64,000 bases of DNA from an uncultured Clostridia bacterium (GTDB lineage Bacteria > Bacillota > Clostridia > TANB77 > CAG-465): NCBI GenBank assembly GCA_934162655.1, contig CAKPJL010000003.1, forward strand, positions 1,714 through 65,713, given 5' to 3'. Every line of letters begins with the position of its first letter. The stretch's first letter is position 1. Under the pieces are notes generated by a model that worked only from the letters and a program-made list of their open reading frames with translations, was not told the origin of the DNA and did no database searches. Shown here piece by piece: positions 35,638-45,114 of this stretch. The position numbers and the translations under genes were made by a program.

Positions 35638-36672
35638 TTAATCAATTTTTATTACATCTACACCTGTATAATAATGTTTTATTATATCTATATAACTCAT
35701 ACCACTACTACCATAATAATCTGCTCCAACCTGACTTAAACCAAGTCCGTGTCCATTTCCAATAACATTAAAAATCACTTTTTCATCCCTACACTCTACA
35801 TTAAACAGCGTTGAACGCAAAGAAAATATAGTTCTTAATTTTTCAGCAGATATTAAATTCCCACAAACAGATATATTTTTAACTCTCCCACTAGATGTAT
35901 ATTCATTTATTTTTACATCTTCATTATCTGAAATATTTTGTATATTTAGACTTAATTTCTCATTTAATCTTTTAATAAAATCTTCATAACTTATCTCAAC
36001 TGTACTTTGTCTATTTGCATACTCCTCGCTTTCATTGTTTTCAACTGACACTAAATATGGTATTTGTTCTTTTCCCCATATTTCCGTTGAGCTTTCTGTT
36101 CTCACAGGACTGCTAGCATGAAAATATGCTCTTATATACTGTCCATTATATACGATAACTTCATTTTGAGTGCTAACAACTGCCTCATTTACATTATTAA
36201 AATATTCCCTCCTTAAATTTTCATCATACCCTTTTCTTGCCCATATATTAAATATTTGAGTTTTGTTATAAAAAGCTTGGCAATGTGCATAATTATCACA
36301 TATATCTGCTCCATCACCTTCTCCACCGTATTGCATTTTTCTATAAAGATATGTCCTTGCAACAACTGCTTGTGCTCTTAAAGCTTCAATATTATAATAT
36401 GGTGGCATTTCAGAGGGCAAAACGCCCCTTAAATAATCGTTTACATCCATTGCAATAATTTCTCCTGTTGAACATATTTTAACTCTTATTGTCTGATTTG
36501 CCTTATATTCAATAATATCTTTTTGTTCTTGTAAAATTTCATTTTCTTTTTGCTCTTGTTCTTTTCTTTTATTTTCTTGTCCTATATTTTTTAATACATT
36601 TATTATAATTAATGCTGATAACAAAATTATTAAAAAACAGCTAACAAAAAATATTCTTTTTTCTAAATTCAA
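35638..36672 (-). CDS. spoIID: Stage II sporulation protein D (lytic transglycosylase)
   Basis: 344 aa, TTG start behind GGTGGA, signal anchor. SpoIID/LytB block YLRGVLPSEMPPYYNIEALRAQAVVARTYLY, ..GNGHGLGLSQVGA. Confidence 0.88.
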   Translation of the reverse strand: MNLEKRIFFVSCFLIILLSALIIINVLKNIGQENKRKEQEQKENEILQEQKDIIEYKANQTIRVKICSTGEIIAMDVNDYLRGVLPSEMPPYYNIEALRAQAVVARTYLYRKMQYGGEGDGADICDNYAHCQAFYNKTQIFNIWARKGYDENLRREYFNNVNEAVVSTQNEVIVYNGQYIRAYFHASSPVRTESSTEIWGKEQIPYLVSVENNESEEYANRQSTVEISYEDFIKRLNEKLSLNIQNISDNEDVKINEYTSSGRVKNISVCGNLISAEKLRTIFSLRSTLFNVECRDEKVIFNVIGNGHGLGLSQVGADYYGSSGMSYIDIIKHYYTGVDVIKID

Positions 36673-36788
36673 AACTTATCCACCTAATGATATTATATTT
36701 ATTAATAACTTTATTATTATACTTTTTATTAATAAAAACAAAAGTCGAAATAAATTTAATTATTTCAACTTTTTTATGCTATTATAAC

Positions 36789-36836
36789 AAAAAATGCAAC
36801 ACTACATAATAATTTTTATAATTTTGTAGTGTTACA
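36789..36836 (-). terminator. Terminator after the 944-aa gene
   Basis: TGTAGTGTT / AACACTACA stem, followed by TTTTTTG on the minus strand. Shares a ~30-nt identical block with the terminator at 39726..39781. Confidence 0.65.
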
Positions 36837-36857
36837 TCTATCTTTGATGATTAATTA

Positions 36858-39692
36858 TCAGTTATGTAAATATATACTATTAACCTCAACTGTAATAGTA
36901 CCCTTAACACTTGCATGAGAAGCAGAAAATAAATAAATATAATACTTCCCGTTAACCCCACTAATACTAAAAGTTTCTTTTCCCTCAAACACTTCACCAG
37001 TATCAAAAATTCTAGCTCGAATACCTCCTGGAGTATTATCAATTATTGATGCATTATAATCAACCGGCTTTTCATCTAATAGTTTAATCCAAAAAGCAGT
37101 ACCATAATCGTCGTTAGTAACATTATAAATTTTGTAATCTATATCCATGTATTTATAAAGTGATAAGTCAACTTTATTAGTAGTATAAAAATTACCATTT
37201 CCATATTTAGTAGTAGAATTATCACCAAATTGTAAACAGTTAGAAAGATAGTTATAAAAATGTCCGCCATAACTTGACCAAGAGTTATATATTTTCTCAG
37301 ATTTATCTGTATATATATGAGTACTCCATCCACCAGTTACATTTTTACATAAATCTCCCTTATTATATAAGTATATATCACTAACTTTCCAAATTGCATA
37401 TAAGGTTATAGTAGATCCATTAACATTTGTTAGATTTGAAACGCTTTGACTATTAGAATATGTCGTCCCCGTACCATCAGCATTTGTATTCCAACCGGTA
37501 AATGTATAACCTGTTTTTGAGTATCCATTCGCTGTTAGATTTTTTGCTACACCATATGTATGGATGCTACTTGCTGTACTTCCTGATGTTGCTCCATTTC
37601 CATTATACGATATCGTATATGTTATAGCTGATGCATTTGCAGTGTTTACTATATTGTAATTTGGCATTGTAAAGCTATATGTTTTTGTAGCATTTGGGAT
37701 AGTTCCTGTCCATGAACTCCATGTATATCCTGCATTTACTTGAGCGTCTATTACTACTGTACTTCCATATTCATATGTACCTGCTCCACTTACACTACTT
37801 ATTCCTGTGCCTTTATTTAGTGTAACTGTGTAAGAATTTCTTGTATAATACATATTTATTACAAGTGATCCATCACCTGATACTACTGCTTGACTTACTT
37901 GGATATTTGCTACTTGTGAACTAATATATGTAAAGCCTGGTATTTGTTTTACAAAGCTTGATACTTGTAGTATTTGGCCTGTTGTTCCTGTCTTATCTTC
38001 TGTGTTATAAAGCGAATATGTATTTGCTCCAACATTTTTTATATAATGATTTACTTTGTATTTCGTATTTGTACTTGCAATTGTATTTGCAGTATTTTCT
38101 ACATTGTAATCTGGCATTGCAAAACTATATGTTTTTGTAGCATTTGGGATAGTTCCTGTCCATGAACTCCATGTATATCCTGCATTTACTTGAGCGTCTA
38201 TTACTACTGTACTTCCATATTCATATGTACCTGCTCCACTTACACTACTTATTCCTGTACCTTTATTTAGCGTAACTGTGTAAGAGTTTCTTGTATAATA
38301 CATATTTATCACAAGTGAACCATCTGCTGATACTACTGCTTCTGCAACTTCAATTGTTGCTACTTTTGAGTTACTATATGTAAAGCCTGGTATCTGTTTT
38401 ACAAAACTTGATACTTGTAGTTTTTCTCCTGTTGTTCCTGTCTTATCTTCGGTGTTATAAAGCGAATATGTATTTGCTCCAATATTTTTTGTGTAATGAT
38501 TTACCCTATATTTTGTGTTTGTACTTGCAGACCATATAGCATATAGTGTTATACTTTCATCTTTGCTATATGTACTGCCTGGTATGTAACTTACTATATT
38601 TGATGTACTAGATGTTGACCAACCAACAAAGTCATATCCTATTTTTGTTGGTACATCAGATGTTAAAACTAAACTTTGTGCTTCATACTTTATCTGACTT
38701 TGTGGTGCATTATTTCCTCCATTTGCATCATATCTTACTTCAAATGGTCTTGGTAATGTTTTTACATTTAAAACAGTATTTTGCTCTGATTCATTTCCAA
38801 CATAATCAACTGCTTTTGCATAAATTACATATAAATCATTTGATTTTAAATTCTCTATTTTTCCTTCTTCTGCTTCATTATATATTTTTGTATAATTTAT
38901 TCCATCTGCACTATATTTATATCCTGCAAGTCCACATTCAAGGTCATTACTTCCACTTGCCTTTACACTGATTTTATTTATATCTACTACTATATCGCTT
39001 TGGTCTAAATTTGGTTTTGTTGGTGGTGTTTTATCAATTGTTGTTATATCTTTTGAATTTGAAGCTGCCTCGTCATCGTCTTGTTTATTATACAGTCTTG
39101 TAATTATAGAAGAGTTATTTTCAATTTCTATTTCTTGTGTGTAATCTACAAATTCCTCGTCGCCTATTTTATATTGCAAAATATATCCTTCTGGTATTTC
39201 TCCTAGATAACTTAGACTGGCTCCTATATTATATCTTGTCCATTCTATATTTCCTACTTTTACTGTTGGTCCTTTTGGTGTTAACAAAATATTTACAATA
39301 CCTTCTACTTCAACTGTATCATCTATCTTTATTTTTGCCTCTGTCGCCCATTTTCTTTCCTTGCTAGTTAGCATTTTTCCTCTTAAAGTAAGCATTCCTT
39401 CTGTTATGTATGAGTATTTTATATATTTACTTTTAACTAAATTGTAGCTATATTTTTTTATTTCATTAACATCAGTAATTTTTTTACTTATTATACTTTG
39501 ATCTTTTATAAAATCTTTCTGTATTGCTACCCTTATTTCTTCATCAAAGTTTTTTAAGTCGTTCTTGTATTTTGCCTCTCTTGAGCTTTCCACTACATCA
39601 CTATTGGTTAGACTTAAAATTACTATGCCTGAAAGTATTATTATTACTACTATTGTTACTATAAGTGTTATTAAACTTACACCTTTTTTCAT
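36858..39692 (-). CDS. Giant pilin-like surface protein with Listeria-Bacteroides (Flg_new-type) repeats
   Basis: 944 aa. N-terminus MKKG|VSLITLIVTIVVIIILSGIVIL (prepilin-like, Thr at +5). Repeats of the type RYDANGG..GYDFVGWSTS..ITLYAIW, YTVTLNKGTGISSVSGAGTYEYGS..AGYTWSSWTG and YNGNGATSG..GYTFTGWNTNADGTGT..TLYAIW. Confidence 0.7.
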   Translation of the reverse strand: MKKGVSLITLIVTIVVIIILSGIVILSLTNSDVVESSREAKYKNDLKNFDEEIRVAIQKDFIKDQSIISKKITDVNEIKKYSYNLVKSKYIKYSYITEGMLTLRGKMLTSKERKWATEAKIKIDDTVEVEGIVNILLTPKGPTVKVGNIEWTRYNIGASLSYLGEIPEGYILQYKIGDEEFVDYTQEIEIENNSSIITRLYNKQDDDEAASNSKDITTIDKTPPTKPNLDQSDIVVDINKISVKASGSNDLECGLAGYKYSADGINYTKIYNEAEEGKIENLKSNDLYVIYAKAVDYVGNESEQNTVLNVKTLPRPFEVRYDANGGNNAPQSQIKYEAQSLVLTSDVPTKIGYDFVGWSTSSTSNIVSYIPGSTYSKDESITLYAIWSASTNTKYRVNHYTKNIGANTYSLYNTEDKTGTTGEKLQVSSFVKQIPGFTYSNSKVATIEVAEAVVSADGSLVINMYYTRNSYTVTLNKGTGISSVSGAGTYEYGSTVVIDAQVNAGYTWSSWTGTIPNATKTYSFAMPDYNVENTANTIASTNTKYKVNHYIKNVGANTYSLYNTEDKTGTTGQILQVSSFVKQIPGFTYISSQVANIQVSQAVVSGDGSLVINMYYTRNSYTVTLNKGTGISSVSGAGTYEYGSTVVIDAQVNAGYTWSSWTGTIPNATKTYSFTMPNYNIVNTANASAITYTISYNGNGATSGSTASSIHTYGVAKNLTANGYSKTGYTFTGWNTNADGTGTTYSNSQSVSNLTNVNGSTITLYAIWKVSDIYLYNKGDLCKNVTGGWSTHIYTDKSEKIYNSWSSYGGHFYNYLSNCLQFGDNSTTKYGNGNFYTTNKVDLSLYKYMDIDYKIYNVTNDDYGTAFWIKLLDEKPVDYNASIIDNTPGGIRARIFDTGEVFEGKETFSISGVNGKYYIYLFSASHASVKGTITVEVNSIYLHN
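37626..38525 (-). repeat. Two tandem 450-bp (150-aa) near-identical coding repeats
   Basis: Residues 390-539 and 540-689 of the 944-aa protein align without gaps. DNA stretches of more than 100 nt are almost identical at an offset of exactly 450 nt (for example 37711.. versus 38161..). Confidence 0.9.
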
Positions 39693-39725
39693 ATGTTTCC
39701 TCCAAGTTCACCACCAGTATACACT

Positions 39726-39781
39726 AAAAAAAAAAAAATGCAACACTACATAATAATTTTTAAATTATTTTTAGTATTGCA
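39726..39781 (-). terminator. Second terminator after the 1751-aa gene, overlapping a candidate promoter of the 944-aa gene
   Basis: TGCAATACTA / TAGTGTTGCA stem followed by 13 T on the minus strand. TTGCAT, 16 nt, TATACT can be read across the T-run. Confidence 0.65.
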
Positions 39782-39832
39782 TTCTAAAATTACTATTCCC
39801 TAAAATACACTTTATATACTTTCTTATTATAT

Positions 39833-39883
39833 AAAAATAAAGACTGTTTAGCAAAGTATTTTTATGCTTTGCCAAAAGTCTTT
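39833..39883 (-). terminator. First terminator after the 1751-aa gene
   Basis: Long imperfect stem AAAGACTTTTGGCAAAGC / GCTTTGCTAAACAGTCTTT, followed by ATTTTTAT on the minus strand. Confidence 0.6.
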
Positions 39884-39910
39884 ATATAAATTATATTTCT
39901 ATAATTTTTA

Positions 39911-42900
39911 TTAATCAAAATCACTAGCTGCCCTGTTATCTAAATCAAATAAAGCTACTGTTCCTTTAATTTTTTGATATATATCATTATTTATACTCCA
40001 TTTGCCTTTTGCAAGTTGAATAGATAAATTTCCATTAAGCTCAGATCCAGGAGTAGAAAATCCTAAATAGCCTTCATAATCCCATTGAGTTGTATTAGTT
40101 TGATTTTCCACATTTTTATCTGATGTATTATAAGAAATTACTATATCTCTTCCACTTGCTCTTTCTACAACTCCTATATAAAATATTACGCCAACATATC
40201 CATCTTGTAATTTATTATTTAAGTTTGTTTCACCTGATTTTACAAGAATTGTAGAATTTGGTAGCTTATATTCTCCATACCAAGATTGAACAAATCCATC
40301 ATAGTTTGTACACATCATGTCATGTGTAAGCACTATACTAGAAGTATTTAAATTTCTCTTTTCTTTTGTAAAGAAATCTTCAACAGAAGTTATACCTAAA
40401 TTTAAAACATTTCTATATCCATCATTTGGAGTAAATGATATTTGATATCCATTCAAGATATTTCCACCATTTGCAATATCTTTATATGTTTTTGATAAAT
40501 CAACTTGACTTTGTGTTGCTTCTTGAAGTTTAACATACTTACCAGCTGCATTTTTATAATATGCATCAACATCTTCTATAAAGTTTTTACCATCTTTTGA
40601 TATATAATATAGTCTAGGTAATATAACTATTTTTCTTGATTGATTTGAATCTGATAGATATCCTCTATAATATCCACTAGTTTTTAAATCAAAACTTATT
40701 CTATAACCAATTTTCGGAGCCTCAACATATGTACTGTTAGTATGCTTATATGGTCCAATTGGCAATGTATTTTTTTGGTTAGATACAGAACTATAAGAAT
40801 TAGTAAATACATCTAATATTTTAAATCCTGAATAATAAACTACTCCCGTATTTTCATTAACTCCATTAGTGTTTTTTCTAAATACATTTTTATAATTAAC
40901 ATCTGTACAATCTGTAATTCTAAATCCATATACTCTACTTATATTAGTTGTAGTAAGTCCCCTACTAAGCTCAACCTCTGAAATGTAATTTGCATCATAT
41001 CTAATTTTTGCTCCTAAATTTAGTAATATGCTGAATTGTTCATTATTTGTTGTAAGCCTTGTCTTATCACTACATACTAATTTTGATATTGTAAAGTATT
41101 CATTTTTATTATTTATTACTACTCGTAAAACATAGTTTAAAGCTTCTTCTATTGTAGGAACATTTTTAGTTACAGCTATAACTCTTATTCTATCTGTATC
41201 TATATTTACTTGTGATGTATTATAATTTGTGCCATTTTTATTTATGTTTGTACCAGTCGGAGTAAATTTTAAAGCACCTGCCTTGTCATATAAGCTTTCA
41301 TCATCTGAATTTCTATTATTCACTTGTACTTTTTTTATGTACCATCCATTAGATTCACTATCATAAGCTTCAATAGGGAAATTAAATAAATATATATAAT
41401 ATTTTATATATGACTTTCTTTCCTTATTAGTAAGTTCATTTCCATATACATTGTCACTTTGTGCAAGTTTAGGCGTAACTTCTGATGCCACACCTACTTG
41501 TAAGTTATATATTTTCTCTCCACCAATTGTGTGTGATACTAATTCTTCTGTACTTTTTAAATCTGGTGTATCCATGGTAGCAGGATTTAGTATATTAACA
41601 CCTGCAGTATTAGTTTGAGATTCTACTGACTTTGTTTCTTGTTCTATTTCACTACCAGCGTAGTTTTCTCTAATATAGTCATCTAGTTCAGACTTTGCAT
41701 TTATTATACTTTCTATTTTATTTTTTACACCTTCTGCACATTGTATTGCGTCTGGTCCGGCAGAAGAACATCTTTGCCTTAAGATTTTACTTTCATATAA
41801 GTTTCTATCTTGAATTAATCCTTCAATATCGGAGTCTGAAAAATCTGAATTTGAAACAGCATTATTATATGCGTCTTCTTTTTCCGTGTCTGCTGCATTT
41901 AATCTCAAATGTCCATAATAATTGCTTGGTTTTTCACCTTTTTCGTTAAATACTAAAAAGTAGTTTTTATATAAAACTTTGGCTATTGATAATCTTTCAC
42001 CATTATATTTATCGCCATCTGCTCTTAATTCCCCTGACTTGATTGGATCATACTCTCTTGAATTAAAATCATCTACCCACTCTTCACCGATCGAACGATT
42101 ACCATTTCCAGAAGGTTGATCATAAAGTTTATTCAAAAATGAAGTTAACTCGCCTGAACTTGTGCTATAATAACCACCATTATCAACATAGTCTGGTCCA
42201 TCTTCATCATATATTACTCCTTCATATTCAAATCTTGTTCTAATTTCATTTAACAATTTATCTGGTGAAATACCACTACTAGAAACTGATATTTCTTTTA
42301 TAACATTCTCTTTATTACTACCTATAAGTTGAGTTGATTCTCCATCATAATTATTAATTGTTGCTCCACTTAGATAAAATCCTTTAAATCCTACAACTTT
42401 TATCTTTGCACACAAAAACTTAAATACTTGATATTTAACAGTCTTGTCAGCTGTTTTCATATTACATGGTGAACCATAACTCTTTTTTTCTGTTTCTATT
42501 TTCTCACCAACATGAACAATTATTGCATTTCCAAATAACTCTGGATTTCTACTTATAGCATCATAATATTTTTTTACCTTTTTTTCAGCCTTCTCCTTTT
42601 CTTCATCAGACATTACTGTATATCCATCTAAACTTGTAGTATATCCGCCATCATACGGTACTTCCTTACCATTTTCTACACATGTTCCTGCAGAATGATA
42701 TCCTCCTTGTAATATATTTGGTGTACTTGAGTCAATAGCAATCTTTATTTCCTTATAATAAAATTCTATAGATTGGTATATCCCATATTTATCACTTATA
42801 TAATAATGTGGAGCTTTTATTTGTGCTCTAAATGTCATATCAGTTGGTACAACAAGTGTTTTATTTACATATTCATAATCAGTACACTCTTCTGGATAAT

Positions 42901-45019
42901 ATCCAACATTTTCACCATCACATTCATTAGTTATAGTTGAATTATCAGATGTATATTCAAGTCTTGTACATACTTTAAAATCATCATCTTGTGATGGTGG
43001 TGGAGTAGTAGAATAATAATATGTCATTTTAATTTTTTTAACTCCATCTATCCTGCCTGTTGATATTCCAGTAAGTATTCCATCATATCTACCAGAAAAT
43101 GTTTTTGGTTTATAAAGCAACTCACCATCTGCCCCATAAAATTCTATCTTATACTTACCATTATAATTGAAGTTTTCATTTGTACTCTCATCTTGATAAG
43201 AAAAAGTAAGTAGGCTGATTTTCAACTGTGTTTTTATTGTTATTCCTTTTGCTTGATATTTAGCAAGTATATCTGTTGTTCCTTCTTCATCTTTTACTAC
43301 TACTCCATCTCCACCGTCCATTATTTCTACATTATTTCCTTCTCTTGCTATTGGAAGTGGTCTTTTAGTTTTTTCAACAACATGTTCTACTTCAATATTA
43401 ACTTTTTCTTTTGCCTCTGCACTTTCATAAATAAAAGAAACTAACACTGGTTTTTTATTATCTGAATTAATGATTGCGGAAGTTTTTTCTATATCCTCTT
43501 GATCTTTAATTTTAGCACTTAGCTCATCATAAGTTTGGTCTTCTTCACCTTTGTAATACCTTAAACTTAAGTATTTATATATATATCCTTCCTTGTCTAC
43601 TTTCTTTTTAGCATTTACTTCAGATGTATTCATATAAGTAGCCTTAAATTTTTTCCCTTTTAAGAGATTTAATTTATATTCTTCATACTTTTTCTCATTA
43701 TCTGTATTTAAAGAATAATTAGTTGCATCTTCTTTATAATTGTTATCTTTTTTTAATACTGATAATGTTATATACCCATTACCATAATTTATTGCATGTT
43801 CTGGTTGATATATTTTTGGTTTTTCTTGCTTTGGTGCTACTTCTAAGTTTGTTAAGTTTCCATCTTTTAATTCTAGATAATCTACATAGACATGTTTTTT
43901 AACATCATCTTCGAATATTTCATAAGGTATATACAAAAAGTTATCATAATCATTAAGTACTGAATTTCCTCTTTGATAATTAAAGGTATCAGAACTAATC
44001 CCCTTAAGTCCAGCTAGCCAAGTTAAGTTTTTCAATTTACTTTCATAGTCCCCTATTGAATCAATTATCGTCTCTCTAGCTTTTGATAATACACTGTCAG
44101 GTATGTTTTCCTGTTCATAATACCCCTCTAATATGTTTATATTAGAATTTATTTGATTTACAATACTATTAGTATCGTCTTTGAATTTTCCTCCGTATAC
44201 TTTTTCAACAAACTCCGATGCTGTTTTCATCTCTACTCCACCGGTATAAGCAGTTTTAGTTACAAACGAGAACCATATTTTTTTATATTTTTTTCCATCT
44301 ATTTCGACATCTTCTACCCAATTGACCCATCCGTCTTCTGTACTATCATCAAATAATACAATTCTTAAATATCCTTTTGTTATACTATATTTATATATAA
44401 CATTTCCATTCTCACACTTAAAACTACATCTAAAGTCTCCAAAAGAACTTGAATTTGAGACATCTGCCTTATATGATATTACTCCAGAATTTTCACTTTT
44501 AACGATTCTATATTTATCATACTCTTTATGTTTAAAATAATCATATGTAATGTTTTCGCCGTTAATTTCTTTATCGTATACATCTGCATACAAGACATTA
44601 TAATTTCTTTCATTCGTGTATATTTTTAAATTTTTCTCATCATATACATATTGGTTTCCAATTCGATTTGGTATATATATACGTAGATATTCTCCTGGAA
44701 GAACTTCATAAGCATCATTATATAGTGACGTTTTATCTGACTGAAAAACTATTCCAGCGATATCATAAGAACCTGTAAGGCTACCTACTTCATGTGAAAT
44801 TGGAATATATTCACCACGTTTTCCACCATTAGCTATAAATTGTTCATATTCAGCAAGTGAATTTGGACTAGCTTTTACAGATGTATAAAAAATAATGTCT
44901 CTTTCTCCATTATCTTCACTTTGACTTAAATCTGCAACATAATTTAATTTATATGCATATGTATTAGTAAAAAAAATATAGCAAAAACAGAGCATAAGTA
45001 TAATTTTAATTTTTTTCAT
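39911..45019 (-). CDS. Giant secreted protein of unknown function (~1700 aa)
   Basis: ORF 39911..45166. ATG 45019 follows AAAGGTGAT and gives a classical signal peptide MKKIKIILMLCFCYIFFTNTYA|YK. The upstream extension overlaps the preceding gene and its terminator. No domain recognised by eye. Confidence 0.7.
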   Translation of the reverse strand: MKKIKIILMLCFCYIFFTNTYAYKLNYVADLSQSEDNGERDIIFYTSVKASPNSLAEYEQFIANGGKRGEYIPISHEVGSLTGSYDIAGIVFQSDKTSLYNDAYEVLPGEYLRIYIPNRIGNQYVYDEKNLKIYTNERNYNVLYADVYDKEINGENITYDYFKHKEYDKYRIVKSENSGVISYKADVSNSSSFGDFRCSFKCENGNVIYKYSITKGYLRIVLFDDSTEDGWVNWVEDVEIDGKKYKKIWFSFVTKTAYTGGVEMKTASEFVEKVYGGKFKDDTNSIVNQINSNINILEGYYEQENIPDSVLSKARETIIDSIGDYESKLKNLTWLAGLKGISSDTFNYQRGNSVLNDYDNFLYIPYEIFEDDVKKHVYVDYLELKDGNLTNLEVAPKQEKPKIYQPEHAINYGNGYITLSVLKKDNNYKEDATNYSLNTDNEKKYEEYKLNLLKGKKFKATYMNTSEVNAKKKVDKEGYIYKYLSLRYYKGEEDQTYDELSAKIKDQEDIEKTSAIINSDNKKPVLVSFIYESAEAKEKVNIEVEHVVEKTKRPLPIAREGNNVEIMDGGDGVVVKDEEGTTDILAKYQAKGITIKTQLKISLLTFSYQDESTNENFNYNGKYKIEFYGADGELLYKPKTFSGRYDGILTGISTGRIDGVKKIKMTYYYSTTPPPSQDDDFKVCTRLEYTSDNSTITNECDGENVGYYPEECTDYEYVNKTLVVPTDMTFRAQIKAPHYYISDKYGIYQSIEFYYKEIKIAIDSSTPNILQGGYHSAGTCVENGKEVPYDGGYTTSLDGYTVMSDEEKEKAEKKVKKYYDAISRNPELFGNAIIVHVGEKIETEKKSYGSPCNMKTADKTVKYQVFKFLCAKIKVVGFKGFYLSGATINNYDGESTQLIGSNKENVIKEISVSSSGISPDKLLNEIRTRFEYEGVIYDEDGPDYVDNGGYYSTSSGELTSFLNKLYDQPSGNGNRSIGEEWVDDFNSREYDPIKSGELRADGDKYNGERLSIAKVLYKNYFLVFNEKGEKPSNYYGHLRLNAADTEKEDAYNNAVSNSDFSDSDIEGLIQDRNLYESKILRQRCSSAGPDAIQCAEGVKNKIESIINAKSELDDYIRENYAGSEIEQETKSVESQTNTAGVNILNPATMDTPDLKSTEELVSHTIGGEKIYNLQVGVASEVTPKLAQSDNVYGNELTNKERKSYIKYYIYLFNFPIEAYDSESNGWYIKKVQVNNRNSDDESLYDKAGALKFTPTGTNINKNGTNYNTSQVNIDTDRIRVIAVTKNVPTIEEALNYVLRVVINNKNEYFTISKLVCSDKTRLTTNNEQFSILLNLGAKIRYDANYISEVELSRGLTTTNISRVYGFRITDCTDVNYKNVFRKNTNGVNENTGVVYYSGFKILDVFTNSYSSVSNQKNTLPIGPYKHTNSTYVEAPKIGYRISFDLKTSGYYRGYLSDSNQSRKIVILPRLYYISKDGKNFIEDVDAYYKNAAGKYVKLQEATQSQVDLSKTYKDIANGGNILNGYQISFTPNDGYRNVLNLGITSVEDFFTKEKRNLNTSSIVLTHDMMCTNYDGFVQSWYGEYKLPNSTILVKSGETNLNNKLQDGYVGVIFYIGVVERASGRDIVISYNTSDKNVENQTNTTQWDYEGYLGFSTPGSELNGNLSIQLAKGKWSINNDIYQKIKGTVALFDLDNRAASDFD

Positions 45020-45044
45020 TATATCACCTTTTATCACAAATATA

Positions 45045-45073
45045 AGTATATATAAAATCTCAAATAAAATCAA
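45045..45073 (-). promoter_or_regulatory. Sigma-A type promoter for the giant secreted protein gene
   Basis: TTGATT, 17 nt, TATACT on the minus strand, between the upstream terminator and the RBS. Confidence 0.5.
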
Positions 45074-45075
45074 GT

Positions 45076-45110
45076 AAAAAAGACTGAAATATAAAATTTC
45101 AGTCTTTTTT
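45076..45110. terminator. Terminator after the Fn3/C39-like gene
   Basis: Perfect 15-bp stem AAAAAAGACTGAAAT / ATTTCAGTCTTTTTT with a 5-nt loop. Confidence 0.8.
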
Positions 45111-45114
45111 ACTA

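Noticed and set aside
37626-38525. Regular repeat structure checked for a CRISPR array.
   Set aside because: The repeat unit is 450 bp, in frame, and encodes duplicated protein modules of the 944-aa ORF. No short repeat-spacer periodicity exists anywhere in the window.
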